Notes under the pieces: model-generated | What the model saw: only the letters and a program-made list of their open reading frames with translations | The model's database searches: none | Told to the model about the DNA's origin: nothing | Made by a program: the position numbers and the translations under genes | Part shown: positions 61,427-64,000 of the stretch, one piece after another | Numbering within the stretch: the stretch's first letter is position 1 | How the letters are laid out: every line of letters starts with the position of its first letter | DNA from: Calditrichaceae bacterium | GTDB lineage: Bacteria; Calditrichota; Calditrichia; Calditrichales; JBFXGD01 | NCBI GenBank assembly: GCA_050173015.1 | Contig: JBFXLE010000001.1 | Coordinates: forward strand, 279,077 to 343,076 | DNA length: 64,000 nucleotides | Reading direction: 5' to 3'

Positions 61427-61472
61427 CATGGTGTATCCTCTTTGTTAAAACAAGCTAACAAACAGCACCATG
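61427..61472 (+). promoter_or_regulatory. stem-loop in the 5' leader of the secreted-protein operon
   Basis: CATGGTG..TTTGTTA-N8-TAACAAA..CACCATG, about 17 nt before the AAGGAG RBS. Confidence 0.4.
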
Positions 61473-61502
61473 TTCAAATTACCCATATAAAGGAGTATTT
61501 AT

Positions 61503-62006
61503 ATGGATAGGCTAAAATTGACACTTTTGTGCGTGTTTTTTTCCTCGGTCGCGCTCTTCGCACAAAATCCAAATAATCTTAATCTGCAACTTTCCAAACA
61601 TTCTGAATTTTCGGGTGAATGGGATTTGTTGATTGATCTTGACCTGAATCAGCAAATCGAGAGCGCTGTTTTGTTTGAATTTCCTCAGTGGATTACTGCG
61701 GTTCCCTCATCTGTTCAACTTAATGATAAGACTTTATGGTTGCAAAATTCCGCGGTTACCCCGGAAAGTGATACCGTAGTAACATGGGAAATTGGCTCAG
61801 ATGGTCTCAGGCTGCATTTTAAGGATGGTTTGATTATATCAGGTGACCGTATGAATATCAAATGTCTTTTGAATTTAAAAAAAATCCAGAACGGATCCCG
61901 GCAGGTTACTGTGAAGAAAATGGCAAAGCAGGGAGAAAGTTTTGTCCCTGCCGATGAAATAATGACTTCAGTTACCTTCCCTAATTTCCCGGAAAATAAC
62001 AATTAG
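61503..62006 (+). CDS. hypothetical secreted protein (beta-rich)
   Basis: AAGGAG RBS, signal peptide ending ALFA-Q. Confidence 0.75.
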   Translation: MDRLKLTLLCVFFSSVALFAQNPNNLNLQLSKHSEFSGEWDLLIDLDLNQQIESAVLFEFPQWITAVPSSVQLNDKTLWLQNSAVTPESDTVVTWEIGSDGLRLHFKDGLIISGDRMNIKCLLNLKKIQNGSRQVTVKKMAKQGESFVPADEIMTSVTFPNFPENNN

Positions 62007-62020
62007 ACAGGAAAGCTACT

Positions 62021-64000
62021 ATGTTTAAACGAGTTGGCTTTACTCTATTAATTATAAGCTCATTGTTTAATTACCTGTATGCCGATCAGGGTGGAATTGA
62101 CGGTTCAGGCTATATGTGGACGAATTCCAGGACAGTGACATCTCCCTCGGTAACATACGACTGGATAGATGTTCAGGATGGTACGGCTGTCTTTACAGGA
62201 GTTTTTGATGACGGGGTCTTCGCCGCTGTTTCTTTGCCCGCGGATTTTGATTTCTACTTCTATGGTAAAGTTATGCGAACCGCCTATATTTCCACGAACG
62301 GCTGGATTAGTTTTGTTGATCCTTCCGGCAATTCTTACCCTGTAAATACGACTATTCCGACCGGAGCCGGGCCGGATTCTTCCATCGCGGTGTTTTGGGA
62401 TGATCTATCCACAAACAATTCGAATAATGGCGTTTTTTATAAAACGGTCGGAACATCGCCAAACCGCAAATTTGTGGTTGAATGGTATATCACTTCACCA
62501 AATCCGATCGGATTTGAAGTTGTTTTATTTGAACATAGTAATATCATCAAATTTCAGTATAAAACCATCGAAGGCACCTGGGGTGGTGGGCAGTCTGCCA
62601 CTATAGGTATTAAAGCCGACAATGCCACGGGTCTGGAATATAGTTTTGATACCGCCGGTTCAGTGGCGAATTTTGACGCGATTCTCTTTCATAATGAACT
62701 CACAGACGGGGCCGATGCGGAAATTTTGCCAAAAACGGTTAAGGCAAGCCAACTGCAAACATTTGAATACACCATATCGAATATTGACCCGACCGGGATC
62801 GCCGGTTTGGGTAAACTTGACAGGTTCGCGGTAGATAATCCCTTCGCGCCCGGATCTTCTCCAACGGTAACCGGAATTACAATTAATAATTATGATGCCT
62901 TTATTCAGAACTCGGCGGATAAGCCCGCGAATCAGGGATACGCGACCTGGCAGTACGCTGGTGATTCCATTGTCGTACAGACTTCGGATTTTGATGTTGT
63001 CGATACGCTCATAATCACGTTTATGCAGACCATGCCCTCCGGTACAAGTACCGCGAATACCTATGTAAGTACATACAACGCCGTGAGGGACGCTTCAATA
63101 ACAAAGACATCCACAGAAGCGGCCGCCGGTGATACGGATGTGGAAGTAACGCCGGGAGACCTGGCCTATATCACGATTCGTGACGCTTCCGGTGGCGGTG
63201 GAAACATCGTGACAACGGCGAGTGTGACCACAGACGGGAGTTTAACCTATTACGCGGCCGGTTATGACGCCGACGGCAATTATATAGCGGATCAGTTGGC
63301 GGACTGGACGACGACGGGCAGTCTTGACGCCGCCGGCAGTCTTGGAGCATCGAGTTTTACGTTTAATCCGACGACGGCGCCCACTTCGGGAACGATCGAA
63401 GCGACGTTTGGAGCGTTTAGTGACGCGACGGGCGTGATCACGGTAAGTGAAGGGGCTTTGGCGAGCATCACCATTCGTGACGCTTCCGGTGGCGGTGGCA
63501 ATGAGGTGACAACGGCAAGTTTGACCACAGACGGCAGTGTGACCTATTACGCGGCGGGCTATGACGCCGACGGTAATTATATAGCGGATCAGCTGGCGGA
63601 CTGGACGACGACGGCTACTCTGGACGCGGCCAGCAGCGCGGGTACGACAAGTTTTACGTTTGATCCATCGACGGCATCCACTTCGGGAACGATCGAAGCG
63701 ACATTCGGAGCGTTTAGTGACGCGACGGGATTGATTACGGTAAGTGAAGGGGCTTTGGCGAGCATCACGATTCGTGACGCTTCCGGTGGCGGTGGAAACA
63801 TCGTGACAACGGCGAGTGTGACCACAGACGGGAGTTTAACCTATTACGCGGCCGGTTATGACGCCGACGGCAATTATATAGCGGATCAGTTGGCGGACTG
63901 GACGACGACGGGCAGTCTTGACGCCGCCGGCAGTCTTGGAGCATCGAGTTTTACGTTTAATCCGACGACGGCGCCCACTTCGGGAACGATCGAAGCGACG
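62021..64000 (+). CDS. large secreted or surface protein: nidogen(NIDO)-like N-domain followed by 99-aa Ig-like tandem repeats (3' end outside window)
   Basis: hand translation from ATG 62021 is open to the window end: MFKRVGFTLLIISSLFNYLYA signal, FYFYG..YISTNGWISF..IAVFWDDL..FVVEW, then ITIRDASGGGG repeats; absent from the ORF track because there is no stop. Confidence 0.88.
   Translation, partial: MFKRVGFTLLIISSLFNYLYADQGGIDGSGYMWTNSRTVTSPSVTYDWIDVQDGTAVFTGVFDDGVFAAVSLPADFDFYFYGKVMRTAYISTNGWISFVDPSGNSYPVNTTIPTGAGPDSSIAVFWDDLSTNNSNNGVFYKTVGTSPNRKFVVEWYITSPNPIGFEVVLFEHSNIIKFQYKTIEGTWGGGQSATIGIKADNATGLEYSFDTAGSVANFDAILFHNELTDGADAEILPKTVKASQLQTFEYTISNIDPTGIAGLGKLDRFAVDNPFAPGSSPTVTGITINNYDAFIQNSADKPANQGYATWQYAGDSIVVQTSDFDVVDTLIITFMQTMPSGTSTANTYVSTYNAVRDASITKTSTEAAAGDTDVEVTPGDLAYITIRDASGGGGNIVTTASVTTDGSLTYYAAGYDADGNYIADQLADWTTTGSLDAAGSLGASSFTFNPTTAPTSGTIEATFGAFSDATGVITVSEGALASITIRDASGGGGNEVTTASLTTDGSVTYYAAGYDADGNYIADQLADWTTTATLDAASSAGTTSFTFDPSTASTSGTIEATFGAFSDATGLITVSEGALASITIRDASGGGGNIVTTASVTTDGSLTYYAAGYDADGNYIADQLADWTTTGSLDAAGSLGASSFTFNPTTAPTSGTIEAT
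63170..64000 (+). repeat. 297-bp tandem coding repeat, 2.8 copies visible
   Basis: units start at 63170, 63467 and 63764; unit 3 is identical to unit 1 over the 237 nt visible, unit 2 is diverged. Confidence 0.95.

Noticed and set aside
63292-63825. Two 78-aa minus-strand ORFs in the ORF track
   Set aside because: Antisense shadows of the repeat units of the plus-strand giant protein
63170-64000. CRISPR array or DGR template/variable repeat
   Set aside because: Units are 297-nt in-frame coding repeats without spacers, differences are not adenine-specific, and no cas or reverse transcriptase gene is present

Overview
Bacterial chromosomal segment of mostly housekeeping genes. Gene content (TonB receptor, FlgD/T9SS-type C-terminal domain, three parvulins after mfd, short IorA) suggests an FCB-group organism such as Calditrichota; this is inference. 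In order: ino1 (partial), MATE-tmk-ctpA, cca plus a stand-alone archaeal-type ThrRS editing domain, a Yip1-TolC-MacAB-type efflux operon, a TPP-riboswitch-controlled thiamine uptake operon, a REC-DUF4388-degenerate ODP gene in line with a GT4/PTPS/PTPS/folE/SDR pterin cluster, trpB2, several peptidases, queG, iorAB, an AT-rich XRE-ImmA/PIN cassette, glgP, lon with a sigma54-type promoter, mfd plus PPIases, and a sigma54 activator/GGDEF/TPR/HD-GYP module. The window ends in a giant secreted repeat protein that the ORF track missed because it runs off the end. The best candidates for an undescribed system are the tetrahydrobiopterin-glycoside-like operon led by a pseudo-di-iron regulator (18.7-23.8 kb) and the c-di-GMP/adhesin locus (55-64 kb). 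No rRNA, tRNA, CRISPR array or transposase was seen. All family calls come from motifs read by eye, not from database searches.
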